The notes: generated by a model from the sequence alone, not told the origin. Positions 49,845 to 60,409 are shown, numbered from the stretch's first letter. The stretch: DNA of 64,000 nucleotides from Alphaproteobacteria bacterium (GCA_963422645.2 CAXXVO010000007.1:224001-288000), one strand, 5' to 3'. Program-made: numbers and translations.

Positions 49845-50564
49845 ATGGCGATCGAGGGCACACAGGTCGGTAACCAGAACGGTGGAATTCCGAGGCCGGC
49901 CGATTCGGCGGCCGATGTGATCGCGGCGCAGCTCTCGCGGCAAATCCTCGACGGGTCGCTCGCGATGGGCGACCGGCTGCCGCCGGAACGCAGTCTCGCC
50001 GAATCCTTCTCGGCCTCGCGCGGCACGGTGCGCGAGGCCCTGCGCTCGCTCTCGGCGCGCGGCCTGGTGGCGCGCCGGGTGGGCAGCGGCACCTTCGTCA
50101 TCTACGAGCCCGACGCCGGCGAGACCGATGTCTCCGAGATCACCTCGCCGCTGGAGCTGGTCGAGGTCCGCGCCGCCGTCGAGCCGCAGATGGCCCGGCT
50201 CGCGGTGCGCAACGCTACGGCGCGCGACATGGCCGCGCTGCAGCGTGCGGTCGCCGAGATGGAAGGGGTGCAGGACGCCGAGGGCTTTTCACTGGCCGAC
50301 GAGATGTTTCACCTGAGGCTGGCCGAGGCCACCCACAATCCCCTGATCGTCGAGATCTATCACCGGATCAACCACGTCCGAGCCCACCAGCAATGGGACT
50401 CGATCAAGAACAAGATCCTGACCCCGGAGCAGATCAGCGCCTACAACGCCGAGCACCGTGCGCTGCTCGCGGCGCTCTCCCGCCGCGATGCGGATCGCGC
50501 CGTCGAAGTGATCTCCCGTCACATGGACCGCGCCCGCGCCGACCTGCTGACCAGCGCCGCCTGA
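49845..50564 (+). CDS. GntR/FadR-family regulator
   Basis: RLPPERSLAE, SRGTVREAL, GSGTFV; FCD domain FHLRLAEATHN. Confidence 0.93.
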   Translation: MAIEGTQVGNQNGGIPRPADSAADVIAAQLSRQILDGSLAMGDRLPPERSLAESFSASRGTVREALRSLSARGLVARRVGSGTFVIYEPDAGETDVSEITSPLELVEVRAAVEPQMARLAVRNATARDMAALQRAVAEMEGVQDAEGFSLADEMFHLRLAEATHNPLIVEIYHRINHVRAHQQWDSIKNKILTPEQISAYNAEHRALLAALSRRDADRAVEVISRHMDRARADLLTSAA

Positions 50565-50759
50565 ATCGACCGCTCCGCGAGGGGCGAATCTCCGCTCTCC
50601 GCGAATTCGGGGTGAGGCAGCGCCCCGATTGTGCTTAGATTGTCGTGATCGTCGCCTCCGCAATCCTGCGGAGAGCGGCCGGCGCGTCACGACCGATCGA
50701 TGCCGCCTTCGCGGGGCTGGACGCGGGCCTCGGCGCGCGGCGCCACAGGGGAGAAGACC

Positions 50760-51953
50760 ATGAACGAGGACAAACTTCTCAAGCAGATGATGAAGCGCGA
50801 CCCGGTGCGCGGCGCCTCCGCCACCAGGCGTCAGGTGCTTCAGGGTATCGGCGCGGGCGCGCTCGCGCTGGGTGCGGGCAGCGCCCTCGCGGGCCGGGCC
50901 CGAGCCGCTGACGAACTGACGATGCTGACGTGGGACGGCTACGTGGACCCGCGCGTGCTCGACGGCTTCACCGACCAGTACGACACGGGTATCAAGTACG
51001 AGCTGCACACCTCGGACCCGGACTCGGTCAACAAGCTCCGCGCCGGCGAGACCGCGATCTGGGACATCATCAACCTAAACAACCCGTGGGCGCGTGAGAT
51101 GATGTGGCCGGAGGGGCTCATCGTCGAGCTCGACCGGGCCCGTTTCGAGCCCTACTTCGATGCGATGCTGCCGATGTTCAAACCGCCCTACAAGTGGGCG
51201 ATGAGCCTCGACAACGAGCATCTGCTGGGGGTGTGCCAGCGGGTCGACACCTTCGACTTCGTGGTCAACACCGACGTCGTCTCGGCCGACATGGCGAAGG
51301 ACGAAGGCTGGGATCTCTTCAACAATCCCGACATGGCCGGCCGCTACGGCATCCTCGCCTACGACAACTGGAACATCATGCACATCTGCATGGCCGCCGG
51401 CCTGCACCCCTTCAAGGAGAAGACCGACGACCAGGTCGCGACCTTCGAGGAAGCCGCGCGGCGGCTCATCAACGGCGCGAAGATGGTCTCGGACGACTTC
51501 GTCGCGGTGAACCTCGCCGTGGTCAACGGCGAGATCGACTTGTACTTCGGCGGCGGCACCTACTCGATCTCGGCGGCGCGCCTCGACGGGCTCACCAACC
51601 TCTATCACGTGGTGCCGAAGAGCGGGCCTGCCGACGGCAAGGGCGGGATCAACTGGATCGAGCTCAGCTCGGTGGTCAACAATCCCGACCTCCACCCGAA
51701 GGCCTTCGACTGGATGGAATACATCCTCCAGCCCGACACCTCCTACGCGGTGGCGACCGCCGGCGGCTTCCTGCTCCCCGTGGGGCAGATGGCGCAGCCG
51801 GAGCTGCTCGACAAGTTCTCGGCGGAAGAGCTCGACTCCTTCCAGTGGGACGAGTTCGACTACCGCATCTCGCACTCCGTCGAGTACGACGTGGTGCCGG
51901 AATACAACCGGCTCTACGACATCTACACGGCGGCGCGCCGCGAGAAGACGTAA
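50760..51953 (+). CDS. PotD/PotF-like ABC substrate-binding protein with Tat signal
   Basis: TRRQVL twin-arginine motif, LTWDGY; heads the ABC operon. Confidence 0.85.
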   Translation: MNEDKLLKQMMKRDPVRGASATRRQVLQGIGAGALALGAGSALAGRARAADELTMLTWDGYVDPRVLDGFTDQYDTGIKYELHTSDPDSVNKLRAGETAIWDIINLNNPWAREMMWPEGLIVELDRARFEPYFDAMLPMFKPPYKWAMSLDNEHLLGVCQRVDTFDFVVNTDVVSADMAKDEGWDLFNNPDMAGRYGILAYDNWNIMHICMAAGLHPFKEKTDDQVATFEEAARRLINGAKMVSDDFVAVNLAVVNGEIDLYFGGGTYSISAARLDGLTNLYHVVPKSGPADGKGGINWIELSSVVNNPDLHPKAFDWMEYILQPDTSYAVATAGGFLLPVGQMAQPELLDKFSAEELDSFQWDEFDYRISHSVEYDVVPEYNRLYDIYTAARREKT

Positions 51954-52076
51954 ATCCGGCCGGATGAAGTGGGGGCGCGCGGCGACCGAAGCGGCGCGCC
52001 CCTACCATGACCGCTCGCCCGGCCGGACCCGGCCGGGCGGCGGCGCATTTGCGGAGAGAGGATCGAGACGAACGCC

Positions 52077-53144
52077 ATGGTGGATGCCGCGCCACTCCTG
52101 CGCATGGTCAACCTGACCAAGCAGTTCGGTCGACTGGTCGCCGTGAACGACGTCAGCCTCGACATCCAGGAGGGCGAGTTCTTCACCATCGTCGGGCCCT
52201 CGGGCAGCGGCAAGACCACGCTGCTGCGCATGCTGGGCGGGCTGGAGAAGCCGACGGCCGGCGACATCTTCCTCCGCGAGGAGCGGGTCAACCAGGTGCC
52301 CGCCAACCGGCGCCCGACCTGCATGGTCTTTCAGTCGCTCGCGCTCTTCAATCACAAGACGGTCGGCCAGAACATCGAATTCTCGTTGAAGATGCGGGGC
52401 GAGAGCCGCCGCGCCCGCCGCGAGCGCGGCCTCTCGCTCATGAACGTGGTCCAGCTGCCCGAGGACTACTACGACAAGTCCGTCACCAAGTGCTCGGGCG
52501 GTGAGCGCCAGCGCGTGGCGCTGGCCCGCGCCTTGGCCTCCGACCCGGAAATCCTCTTCTTCGACGAGCCGCTGTCGGCCATCGACTATCGCCTGCGCAA
52601 GCTGCTCGAGGTCGAGCTCAAGGACCTCCACCGCACCACCGGCAAGACCTTCGTCTACATCACCCACAGCCTCGAGGAGGCGATGGTGATGAGCGACCGC
52701 ATCGGGATCATGCAGGAGGGGCGCCTGATTCAGATCGGCTCGCCCAACGAGATCTATCTCCGCCCCCGCAACAAGTTCGTCTCCGAGTTCATGGGCGAGG
52801 TGAACATCTTTTCGGTGCAGGCCGGCGCGGACGGCGCCATCGACTGCCCCGCCTTCGAGCGCCGCTTCACCAGCCCGGCCCGGCCGGAGGGCTTCAGCCA
52901 GGGCTATCTCGTGATCCGGCCCGAATCGATGCGTTTCCTCAACGATCCCTCGGAGGCGGAGAACCATCTGGAGGGATCGCTCTTCAACGAGTACGCACTG
53001 GGCTCCCGGGTGCAGTACCACGTGAGCGCCGGCGGCTCGATGTTCGTCGTCGAGAAGCTCCGCGAGCAGGCCTATCGGGGCGCGCTCAACGACGACGTCA
53101 TGATCGGCTGGGACGCCAAAGACAGCGTGCTCGTGACCGACTGA
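52077..53144 (+). CDS. PotA-like ABC ATPase
   Basis: GPSGSGKT, CSGGERQRVALAR, FFDEPL, TOBE-like tail. Confidence 0.93.
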   Translation: MVDAAPLLRMVNLTKQFGRLVAVNDVSLDIQEGEFFTIVGPSGSGKTTLLRMLGGLEKPTAGDIFLREERVNQVPANRRPTCMVFQSLALFNHKTVGQNIEFSLKMRGESRRARRERGLSLMNVVQLPEDYYDKSVTKCSGGERQRVALARALASDPEILFFDEPLSAIDYRLRKLLEVELKDLHRTTGKTFVYITHSLEEAMVMSDRIGIMQEGRLIQIGSPNEIYLRPRNKFVSEFMGEVNIFSVQAGADGAIDCPAFERRFTSPARPEGFSQGYLVIRPESMRFLNDPSEAENHLEGSLFNEYALGSRVQYHVSAGGSMFVVEKLREQAYRGALNDDVMIGWDAKDSVLVTD

Positions 53145-54058
53145 TGGTTGACCGCGCAGAGGCGCCGACACCGTTGATCCGGCAGCCCGGGGTCGGGTCG
53201 CTCCTGCTCGGCTGGCTGGGCTCGCCCGGCGTGCTCAGTGCCACGCCCGTTCTGATCTTCTTCCTGATCGGCTTCGTCGGCCCCCTGGTGATCGTGCTGG
53301 CCTTCAGCTTCACGCCTGAGCGCACCTTCGACCTCGGCGCCGGCTTCACCACCGAGAACTACGAGCACATCTTCACGGAGAGCTACTACATCTCCTTCAT
53401 CTGGTCGTTCGCGCTGGCAGCGCTCACCGTCGCCTGCAACCTGCTGATCGGCTACCCGATCGCCTACGGCCTCGCCAAGCTCTTCGGCCGCTGGGCGGCG
53501 CCGGTCATGCTGGTGCTCGTCATTCCCCTCTTCGTCTCCGAGAACGTGCGCCTCTTCGGCTGGTATCTCTTCCTGATCAAGGGCGGCGGCATCCTCGCGG
53601 GCGGCCTCAAGGTCGCCTTCGGCATCGACACCGGCACGATGCTCTACATGCCCGGCACCACACTGATGGGCATGATCTACGTCTATCTGCCCTTCACCCT
53701 CTTCCCCATCGTGCTCGGGCTCTCCATGGTGCCGCGCGATCAGGTCGAGGCCTCGCGCGACCTCGGCGCGAGCCGCTTCCAGATTTTCCGCGAGGTCGAG
53801 CTGCCGATCGCCATGCCGGGCATCCTGATCGGCGCGCTGCTGACCTTCGTGCTGGCGGTGGGTGCAATCTCGGAGGCCAAGCTGCTCGGTGGCCAGAATA
53901 CGCCGGTGATCGCCCAGGACATCCAGCACGAGTTCACCTATGCCCAGAACTGGCCGCTGGGATCGGCGATCTCGGTGCTGGCCATCGTGGTCACCGGTAT
54001 CCTTGTGGTGGTGGTGATGCGCCGGCTCGACCTCGACCGGCTGCTGGGCCGACGATGA
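53144..54058 (+). CDS. PotB-like ABC permease
   Basis: Transmembrane segments; EASRDLGA. Confidence 0.9.
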   Translation: MVDRAEAPTPLIRQPGVGSLLLGWLGSPGVLSATPVLIFFLIGFVGPLVIVLAFSFTPERTFDLGAGFTTENYEHIFTESYYISFIWSFALAALTVACNLLIGYPIAYGLAKLFGRWAAPVMLVLVIPLFVSENVRLFGWYLFLIKGGGILAGGLKVAFGIDTGTMLYMPGTTLMGMIYVYLPFTLFPIVLGLSMVPRDQVEASRDLGASRFQIFREVELPIAMPGILIGALLTFVLAVGAISEAKLLGGQNTPVIAQDIQHEFTYAQNWPLGSAISVLAIVVTGILVVVVMRRLDLDRLLGRR

Positions 54059-54103
54059 TGCGCGCGCGCACGGCGGCACTCCTCAGCGGCGGGGGGCGCT
54101 GAG

Positions 54104-54910
54104 ATGGAAAACAAGCGCTGGGTCATATGCCTGATCGCGGTCTGGACCGGCGCGATCGCGCTCTTCCTCTACATCCCGATCTTCTCGGTCATCACGAGTT
54201 CGTTCGGCAAGTCGCGTTACTTCCGCTTTCCGGTGAAGGCGTGGAGCGACAAGTGGTACGACCAGACGCTGGGCGCCAACCTGACCACGGATCTGCACCT
54301 CACCTCGTTCTATGTCGCGGGCTGCGTCGCGCTGATCGCGGTCGTGCTCGGCTTCTTCGGCGCTCTGGCTTTCGCCCGCTACAACTGGCGCGGGCGCCAG
54401 TTCTACCAGCGCCTCATCATGCTGCCGATCTTCTTCCCCCAAGCCGTGCTCGGCCTGGCGCTCCTGCTCTGGTTCACCTTTGTCGGCGTGCTGCCGAGCT
54501 GGGAGGCAGCGGTCTTCGCGCATCTGGTCTGGATCGTGCCGATCGTGACGCTGGTGATCTCGATCCAGGTCTACGGCTTCGACGCAGCCCAGGAGGAAGC
54601 CGCCTACGACCTCGGCGCCAGCCGCTGGCAGGCCTTCCGCGAGATCACGCTGCCGGCGCTCGCCCCCGGCCTCTTCTCCGGCGCACTCTTCGCCTTCCTG
54701 CTCTCCTGGGGCAACTTCCCGCTCTCGACCTTCACCACGGGCGCCGACAGCACCGTGACCGAGTGGCTCTATACCAAGATGGGTTCGGGCTACACGCCGA
54801 TGATTCCGACCATGGGTGCGCTCTCGGTGTTCGGCGCCATCGTCATTCTCTTCGGCGGCTACATGTTCCTGATCGTCCAACGGCGGCGGCGGCTGGAGCG
54901 CACCGAATAG
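54104..54910 (+). CDS. PotC-like ABC permease
   Basis: Transmembrane segments; EEAAYDLGA. Confidence 0.9.
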   Translation: MENKRWVICLIAVWTGAIALFLYIPIFSVITSSFGKSRYFRFPVKAWSDKWYDQTLGANLTTDLHLTSFYVAGCVALIAVVLGFFGALAFARYNWRGRQFYQRLIMLPIFFPQAVLGLALLLWFTFVGVLPSWEAAVFAHLVWIVPIVTLVISIQVYGFDAAQEEAAYDLGASRWQAFREITLPALAPGLFSGALFAFLLSWGNFPLSTFTTGADSTVTEWLYTKMGSGYTPMIPTMGALSVFGAIVILFGGYMFLIVQRRRRLERTE

Positions 54911-55013
54911 GCCCGGGCACGGCGGCAACGGGGGTGTTGTCTCTCCCGGTGCTTCGCGTTCTAATCCCAGCGCTTTTGGGAACGCGCGGGCAGCGCGCGA
55001 CAGGGAGTAGCCG

Positions 55014-55316
55014 ATGGCCTACCAAGTCACGGAAAAGGACCTTTACGTCGTCGACGAGTTCATGGCCAAGCCGATTGGCCACCACAGCCCCGACCTGCAG
55101 CGGGTGCTCAACACGCTGAGGGGTGCCGACGTGAAGGGCAAGCATTGCCTGGTCTGCACCAAGCCCGGCCGCGAATGGCGCCTGGCCCAGCTCTCCGGCG
55201 TGCGCGGCAAGCCCGTCAAGCTGCTCGACAAGACCTTCGACAATATCGACGACGCCGAGCGCTACGTCTTTCGCCTGCGCTGGAAGCAGCACACCGGCAA
55301 GGCGCTGCCTGAGTAA
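55014..55316 (+). CDS. N,N-dimethylformamidase small-subunit-like protein
   Basis: EF..KPIGHHSPDLQRVL, AERYVFRLRW; precedes the large subunit. Confidence 0.75.
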   Translation: MAYQVTEKDLYVVDEFMAKPIGHHSPDLQRVLNTLRGADVKGKHCLVCTKPGREWRLAQLSGVRGKPVKLLDKTFDNIDDAERYVFRLRWKQHTGKALPE

Positions 55317-55379
55317 CCGCCGCGCGAGCGGCCTTCACGACGATCGAGAACCCGCCGTCCGGCGGTGAGGGAGCCTTAC

Positions 55380-57632
55380 ATGAACAGAATCGCGGGCTAT
55401 GCCGACCGCGTCAGCGTGACGCCGGGGGAGACCATCAACTTCATGGTGAGTTCCGAAGCCCCCTCCTACAAGTGCGACATCGTCCGCCTCATCTGCGGTG
55501 ACGAAAACGCCGACGGACCGGGCGTGAAGGAAGAGGTCGTCCGGACCAGCGCGAGCGGCACCTACAAGGGGCGCCGGCAGGTCTGCTACGACGGCTCCTT
55601 CATGGAGGTGCCGGCGCATCCTGCGATCCAGGGGCTGGAGAGCTTCACCTTTCAGGCTTTCATCTGGCCGACGACGCCCGATCGCGGAACCCAGGCGCTG
55701 ATCGCCAACTGGCGCGACCGCGACAAGGCGGGCGCTGCCCTCATCATCACCAAGCAGGACGGCTCGCTCGCGCTCTGCCTCGGCGACGGCGAGGGCAATA
55801 TCGAGGTGACCGCCACCAACCGTCCGCTGATTCCGCACCAGTGGTACTTCGTCGCAGCCTCCTACGACGCCGGCTCCAAGCAGATCACGCTGGTGCAGCA
55901 GCCGCTTAACGACTACCCCAACGTCAACCACGCCCGCGTCCTGAAGAAGAAGTCCGCCCTGAGCGGGCCGGGCAAGCACGATGCGCCGCTCACCATGGGT
56001 GCCTACTTCAAGCGCGTCGACAAGGGCCGGACCGTCTGCAGCGGCTTCTACAACGGACGCATCGACAGCCCGCGTGTCGCCAACCGCGTGCTGACCCCGG
56101 CGGAGCTGGAGCTGGCCAAGACCCGCCCGGTGGACGGCACGCTCGCCACCTCCATCGTCGGCGCCTGGGACTTCTCCCAAGGCATCAAGACGACGACGGC
56201 CACCGATCTAAGCGCCAACGCACTGCACGGCAGCCTGGTCAACCTGCCGACCCGCGCCGTCACCGGCTGGTGCTGGGACGGCAGCGAGATGAACTGGCAG
56301 AACGCGCCGGAGCAATACGGCGCGATCCACTTCCACGAGGACGACGTCTACGACGCGCGCTGGGAGGTCGACTTCTCGCTCACCTGCCCGAAGCGGCTGA
56401 AGAGCGGCGTCTACGCCGCGAGGCTCCGCGGCGAAGGTGGCGGCGAGGATTACATCCCCTTCGCGGTGCGCGCCCCGCGCGGCGCGCCCACCGCGAAGAT
56501 CTGCTTCCTGCTGCCCACCGCGAGCTACATGGCTTACGCCAACACCAACATGTCCACCAACATGGGCGCAGCACAAATTCTCACGGGCCGGCTCACGGTG
56601 CTGAACGAGAAGAACCTGCAGCGCAGCGAGCACCGCGAGTACGGCACCTCGCTCTACGACAGCCACATCGACGGCAGCGGGATCTGCTACTCCTCCCGCC
56701 TGCGCCCCGTCCTGAACTTCCGCCCGAAGGCGCTGGAGTGGATCGGCGGCACCGAATCCACGCTCTGGCAGTTCAACGCCGACACGCATCTCACCGAATG
56801 GCTGGAGGCGAAGGGCTTCGAGTACGACGTCGTCACCGACGAGGACCTGCACTACGAGGGCCTGGCGGCGATCCAGGACTACACGGTCGTGCTCTCCGGC
56901 TCGCACCCCGAATACCACTCGAAGGCGATGTGGGATGCGATGTACGCCTACCAGCAGCGCGGCGGGCGGCTCATGTACATGGGCGCCAACGGCTGGTACT
57001 GGCGCATCGCCTACCACACCGAAGTGCCGGGCTGCATCGAGGTGCGCCGCGCCGAGGACGGCATCCGCACCTGGATCGCGCGCCCCGGCGAGTACTATCA
57101 CAGCTTCACCGGCGAGTACGGCGGCCTCTGGCGGCGCAACGGCCGGCCGCCGCAGATCATCGTCGGCACCGGCTTCACCGCTCAGGGCTTCGACATCTCG
57201 TCCCACTACGTGCGCGAGCCGGACAGCTTCAAGAAAGAGGTCGCCTGGATCTTCGAAGGCATCGGCGAGGACGAGAAGATCGGCGATTTCGGGTTGATCG
57301 GCGGCGGTGCGGCGGGGCTGGAGCTCGACCGGGCCGACCCGCTGCTGGGCACGCCGCCCAACACCTACGTGCTCGCCTCCTCCAAGGAGCACACGGATCT
57401 CTACCTCGTGGTCTGCGAAGAGCTCGACGTCAATCGGCCCAATGCCGACGGCACGCAGGACCCGCTGGTGCGCGCCGACATCGTGTTCTACGAGACCGCG
57501 AAGGGCGGCGCCGTGTTCTCCACCAGCTCGATCGCCTGGTGTGGCAGCCTCGCCCACAACGACCACGACAACAACGTCTCGCGCATGACCGAGAACGTCC
57601 TGCGCCGCTTCGCCGATCCGACCCCGTTCTGA
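55380..57632 (+). CDS. N,N-dimethylformamidase large-subunit-like protein
   Basis: GYADRVSV, LamG-like domain, AIHFHEDD, PTASYMAYAN, SLYDSH, SHPEY, GLELDR. Confidence 0.88.
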   Translation: MNRIAGYADRVSVTPGETINFMVSSEAPSYKCDIVRLICGDENADGPGVKEEVVRTSASGTYKGRRQVCYDGSFMEVPAHPAIQGLESFTFQAFIWPTTPDRGTQALIANWRDRDKAGAALIITKQDGSLALCLGDGEGNIEVTATNRPLIPHQWYFVAASYDAGSKQITLVQQPLNDYPNVNHARVLKKKSALSGPGKHDAPLTMGAYFKRVDKGRTVCSGFYNGRIDSPRVANRVLTPAELELAKTRPVDGTLATSIVGAWDFSQGIKTTTATDLSANALHGSLVNLPTRAVTGWCWDGSEMNWQNAPEQYGAIHFHEDDVYDARWEVDFSLTCPKRLKSGVYAARLRGEGGGEDYIPFAVRAPRGAPTAKICFLLPTASYMAYANTNMSTNMGAAQILTGRLTVLNEKNLQRSEHREYGTSLYDSHIDGSGICYSSRLRPVLNFRPKALEWIGGTESTLWQFNADTHLTEWLEAKGFEYDVVTDEDLHYEGLAAIQDYTVVLSGSHPEYHSKAMWDAMYAYQQRGGRLMYMGANGWYWRIAYHTEVPGCIEVRRAEDGIRTWIARPGEYYHSFTGEYGGLWRRNGRPPQIIVGTGFTAQGFDISSHYVREPDSFKKEVAWIFEGIGEDEKIGDFGLIGGGAAGLELDRADPLLGTPPNTYVLASSKEHTDLYLVVCEELDVNRPNADGTQDPLVRADIVFYETAKGGAVFSTSSIAWCGSLAHNDHDNNVSRMTENVLRRFADPTPF

Positions 57633-57666
57633 GCGAGAACCGGACCGGACATCACCGGGGGCCGCA

Positions 57667-58419
57667 ATGAGCGGCCCCGTTCTCGAGGTCGAGGCCCTCA
57701 CCAAGCGATTCGGCAAGTTCACTGCGGTCGATGCGGTGAGCTTCTCGGTCGCGCGCGGGGCAACCGCCGCCCTGCTCGGCGCCAACGGCGCCGGCAAGAC
57801 CACCACCATTGCGATGATCCTGGGCCTCCTGCTGCCGAGCACAGGCTCGGTGCGCATCTTCGGCAGCGATCTGGCGGCCGAGCGCTACGCGCTGCTGCCG
57901 CGCATGAACTTCTCCTCGCCCTACACCGACCTTCCGCACCGGCTCACGGTGCGTGAGAATCTGACCGTCTACGCCCGGCTCTACAGCCTTGACGGCGTCC
58001 GCCGGCGGATCGAGCGGATGGCCGAGATCCTCGATCTCGGCGACTTCCTCAAGCGGCCCACGGGCAAGCTCTCGGCCGGGCAACGCACCAGGGTCGCGCT
58101 CGCGAAGGCGCTGCTCAACGATCCGGAGCTCCTGCTGCTCGACGAGCCCTCGGCCTCGCTCGATCCCGATACCGCCGACTGGGTGCGGGGTGTGATCGAG
58201 CGCTACCGGGCCGAGACCGGCGCCACGATCCTGCTCGCCTCCCACAACATGGCCGAGGTCGAGCGCCTCTGCGACGACGTGTTGGTGATGGCGGGCGGGC
58301 GCATCGTCGAGAGCGGCACGCCCGAGGCCATGATCGAACGCCACGGCCGCAGCACGCTGGAAGAGGTCTTCCTCGAAATCGTGCGGGGCACCGGCAGCGT
58401 CGGGGAAGCGGCGCAATGA
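57667..58419 (+). CDS. ABC exporter ATP-binding protein
   Basis: GANGAGKT, LSAGQ, LLDEP. Confidence 0.92.
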   Translation: MSGPVLEVEALTKRFGKFTAVDAVSFSVARGATAALLGANGAGKTTTIAMILGLLLPSTGSVRIFGSDLAAERYALLPRMNFSSPYTDLPHRLTVRENLTVYARLYSLDGVRRRIERMAEILDLGDFLKRPTGKLSAGQRTRVALAKALLNDPELLLLDEPSASLDPDTADWVRGVIERYRAETGATILLASHNMAEVERLCDDVLVMAGGRIVESGTPEAMIERHGRSTLEEVFLEIVRGTGSVGEAAQ

Positions 58420-59246
58420 TGGGGAAGGGCGCCGCACGGGCCCTGCCGTGGCACGGTCCTGCGCAGCGGATCGGCGCACTCGTGCTGCGCCACACCTATC
58501 TGCTGCGGCGCTCCTGGCCGCGTCTGCTGGAGCTTACGTACTGGCCCACTGTGCAGATGATCATCTGGGGCCTGGTCACCATGTACCTCGTCACCAACAG
58601 CTCGTGGTTCGCACAGACGGCCGGGGTTCTGCTCGCCGGGGTGATCCTGTGGGACGTCATGTTCCGCGGGCAGATCGGGCTCTCTCTGGTGTTCATCGAG
58701 GAAATGTGGTCGCGCAATCTCGGGCACATCTTCGTGAGCCCCTTGCGCCCGTGGGAGCTGATCTGCGGGCTCATGCTGATCAGCCTGATCCGGACGCTCA
58801 TCGGGATGACAGGCGCGGTGGGCTTCGCCTTCCTGCTCTACGCCTTCTCGATCTTCGATCTCGGCTTCGCGCTGATCGGCTTCTTCGTGAACCTGATCGT
58901 GATGGGCTGGGCCGTCGGTTTCTTCGTGAGCGGCCTGGTGCTGCGCTACGGCCTCGGCGCCGAGAGCTTGGCCTGGTTCCTGATCTTCGCGCTGGCGCCC
59001 TTCAGCTGCGTCTACTATCCGCTTTCGATCCTGCCGGACTGGCTGGAGCCGGTGGCCGCCATCCTGCCGTCTGCCCATGTCTTCGAGGGGATGCGCGCGC
59101 TCCTGGTCGACGGTAGCTTCAGCGGCGATCACATGATGCGCGCGAGCCTGCTCAACATCGGCTGGTTGGCGGCGGGCATCGCGACCTTTCTCGCCTTCCT
59201 GCGCAGCGCCCGCGTTCGCGGCCTGCTGCATCAGATCGGCGAGTAA
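58416..59246 (+). CDS. ABC-2 type permease
   Basis: Six hydrophobic segments; YYPLSILPDWL. Confidence 0.88.
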   Translation: MMGKGAARALPWHGPAQRIGALVLRHTYLLRRSWPRLLELTYWPTVQMIIWGLVTMYLVTNSSWFAQTAGVLLAGVILWDVMFRGQIGLSLVFIEEMWSRNLGHIFVSPLRPWELICGLMLISLIRTLIGMTGAVGFAFLLYAFSIFDLGFALIGFFVNLIVMGWAVGFFVSGLVLRYGLGAESLAWFLIFALAPFSCVYYPLSILPDWLEPVAAILPSAHVFEGMRALLVDGSFSGDHMMRASLLNIGWLAAGIATFLAFLRSARVRGLLHQIGE

Positions 59247-59249
59247 CCC

Positions 59250-59384
59250 TTGGAGCGTTTCCGACTTAGACGGAAACGCTCTCGCATTTTGTCGCTCACG
59301 GCAGCCGGCCTGCGGCCTGCGCCGCAAAGCGGCGGGCCGCAGTCGCGGCCTGACGCGCGCTCGTCAGAGACGAACCCGCTCTAG
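59250..59384. repeat. MITE-like element, copy 3 (diverged, 135 bp)
   Basis: Shares TTGTCGCTCACGGCAGCCGGCCTGCGGCC and the CGCTCTAG end; supplies the cobT stop. Confidence 0.8.
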
Positions 59385-60409
59385 TCTGCGGGCCCGCTGA
59401 CCCCGGCTGATTCGAAGGTCGCCATGCCCTTGTGCGCCGCCACTGCCATGCGCACGAGCGCGGCGGCGAGCGCGGCGCCCGATGCCTCGCCAAGGCGCAA
59501 GCCGAGATCGAGCAGCGGCACGAGCGAGAGCGCCTCCAGCAAGCGCCGATGCCCCGGCTCGGCCGAGCGGTGTGCCACCTGGGTGTGATCGAGGCCGTCA
59601 TCCCGTAGCTTCGCCATCACCGCCGCCGCAGCGGTGCAGGCGAAGCCGTCGAGCAGCACGGGCACACGGTGGTGCCGCGCCTGGACGACGGCGCCCGCGA
59701 TCGCCGCCAACTCCCGCCCGCCGACGCAGTTGAGCGCGACCAGAGGATCGCGGCGTGCTTCGGCGTGCCGCGCGAGCGCCGCATCGACCGCCGCGGCCTT
59801 GCGCGCGAGCCCGTCGGAATCCACCCCGGTGCCGGGGCCCACCCAGGAGGCGCCGTCGCCGCCAAAGAGTGCGGCCGCCATCGCGGCTGCGGCGGTGGTG
59901 TTGCCGATCCCCATCTCGCCCAGGCAGAGCAGGTCGGCGCCCTGGTCCACCGCCGCGATACCGGCCTCCAGCGCCGCGACGCACGCAGTCTCGCCGAGCG
60001 CGGGCGCTTCTGTCATGTCTTCGGTGGGCGTGTCGAGTTCGAGGGGCACGACCGTCAACGCCGCGCCCAGCACGTCGCAGAGCTGGTTGATCGCGGCCCC
60101 GCCCGCCTCGAAGTTGGCCACCATCTGCGCCGTGACCGCCGCGGGATAGGCGGAGACTCCGCGCGCCGCGACCCCGTGATTGCCGGCGAAGACGACGACC
60201 TGGATGCGCTCTGCGCGCGGCGGGTGGCGCCCCTGCCATGCCGCCGCCCAGGCGGCGAGCGATTCGAGCCGGCCGAGGGCGCCGGCAGGCTTGGTGAGCT
60301 GCGCATCGTGCGCCCTCGCCCGCTCCGCCGCTGCCTCGTCCGGCCCCGGCATGGCTGCAACGCGCGCGCGAAAGGCACTCAACGAGTCGAGTCGGACATC
60401 ATCGTGCAT
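59381..60409 (-). CDS. cobT: Nicotinate-nucleotide--dimethylbenzimidazole phosphoribosyltransferase
   Basis: LTKPAGALGRLE, GEMGIGNTT, LRLGEASGA. Confidence 0.95.
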   Translation of the reverse strand: MHDDVRLDSLSAFRARVAAMPGPDEAAAERARAHDAQLTKPAGALGRLESLAAWAAAWQGRHPPRAERIQVVVFAGNHGVAARGVSAYPAAVTAQMVANFEAGGAAINQLCDVLGAALTVVPLELDTPTEDMTEAPALGETACVAALEAGIAAVDQGADLLCLGEMGIGNTTAAAAMAAALFGGDGASWVGPGTGVDSDGLARKAAAVDAALARHAEARRDPLVALNCVGGRELAAIAGAVVQARHHRVPVLLDGFACTAAAAVMAKLRDDGLDHTQVAHRSAEPGHRRLLEALSLVPLLDLGLRLGEASGAALAAALVRMAVAAHKGMATFESAGVSGPAD

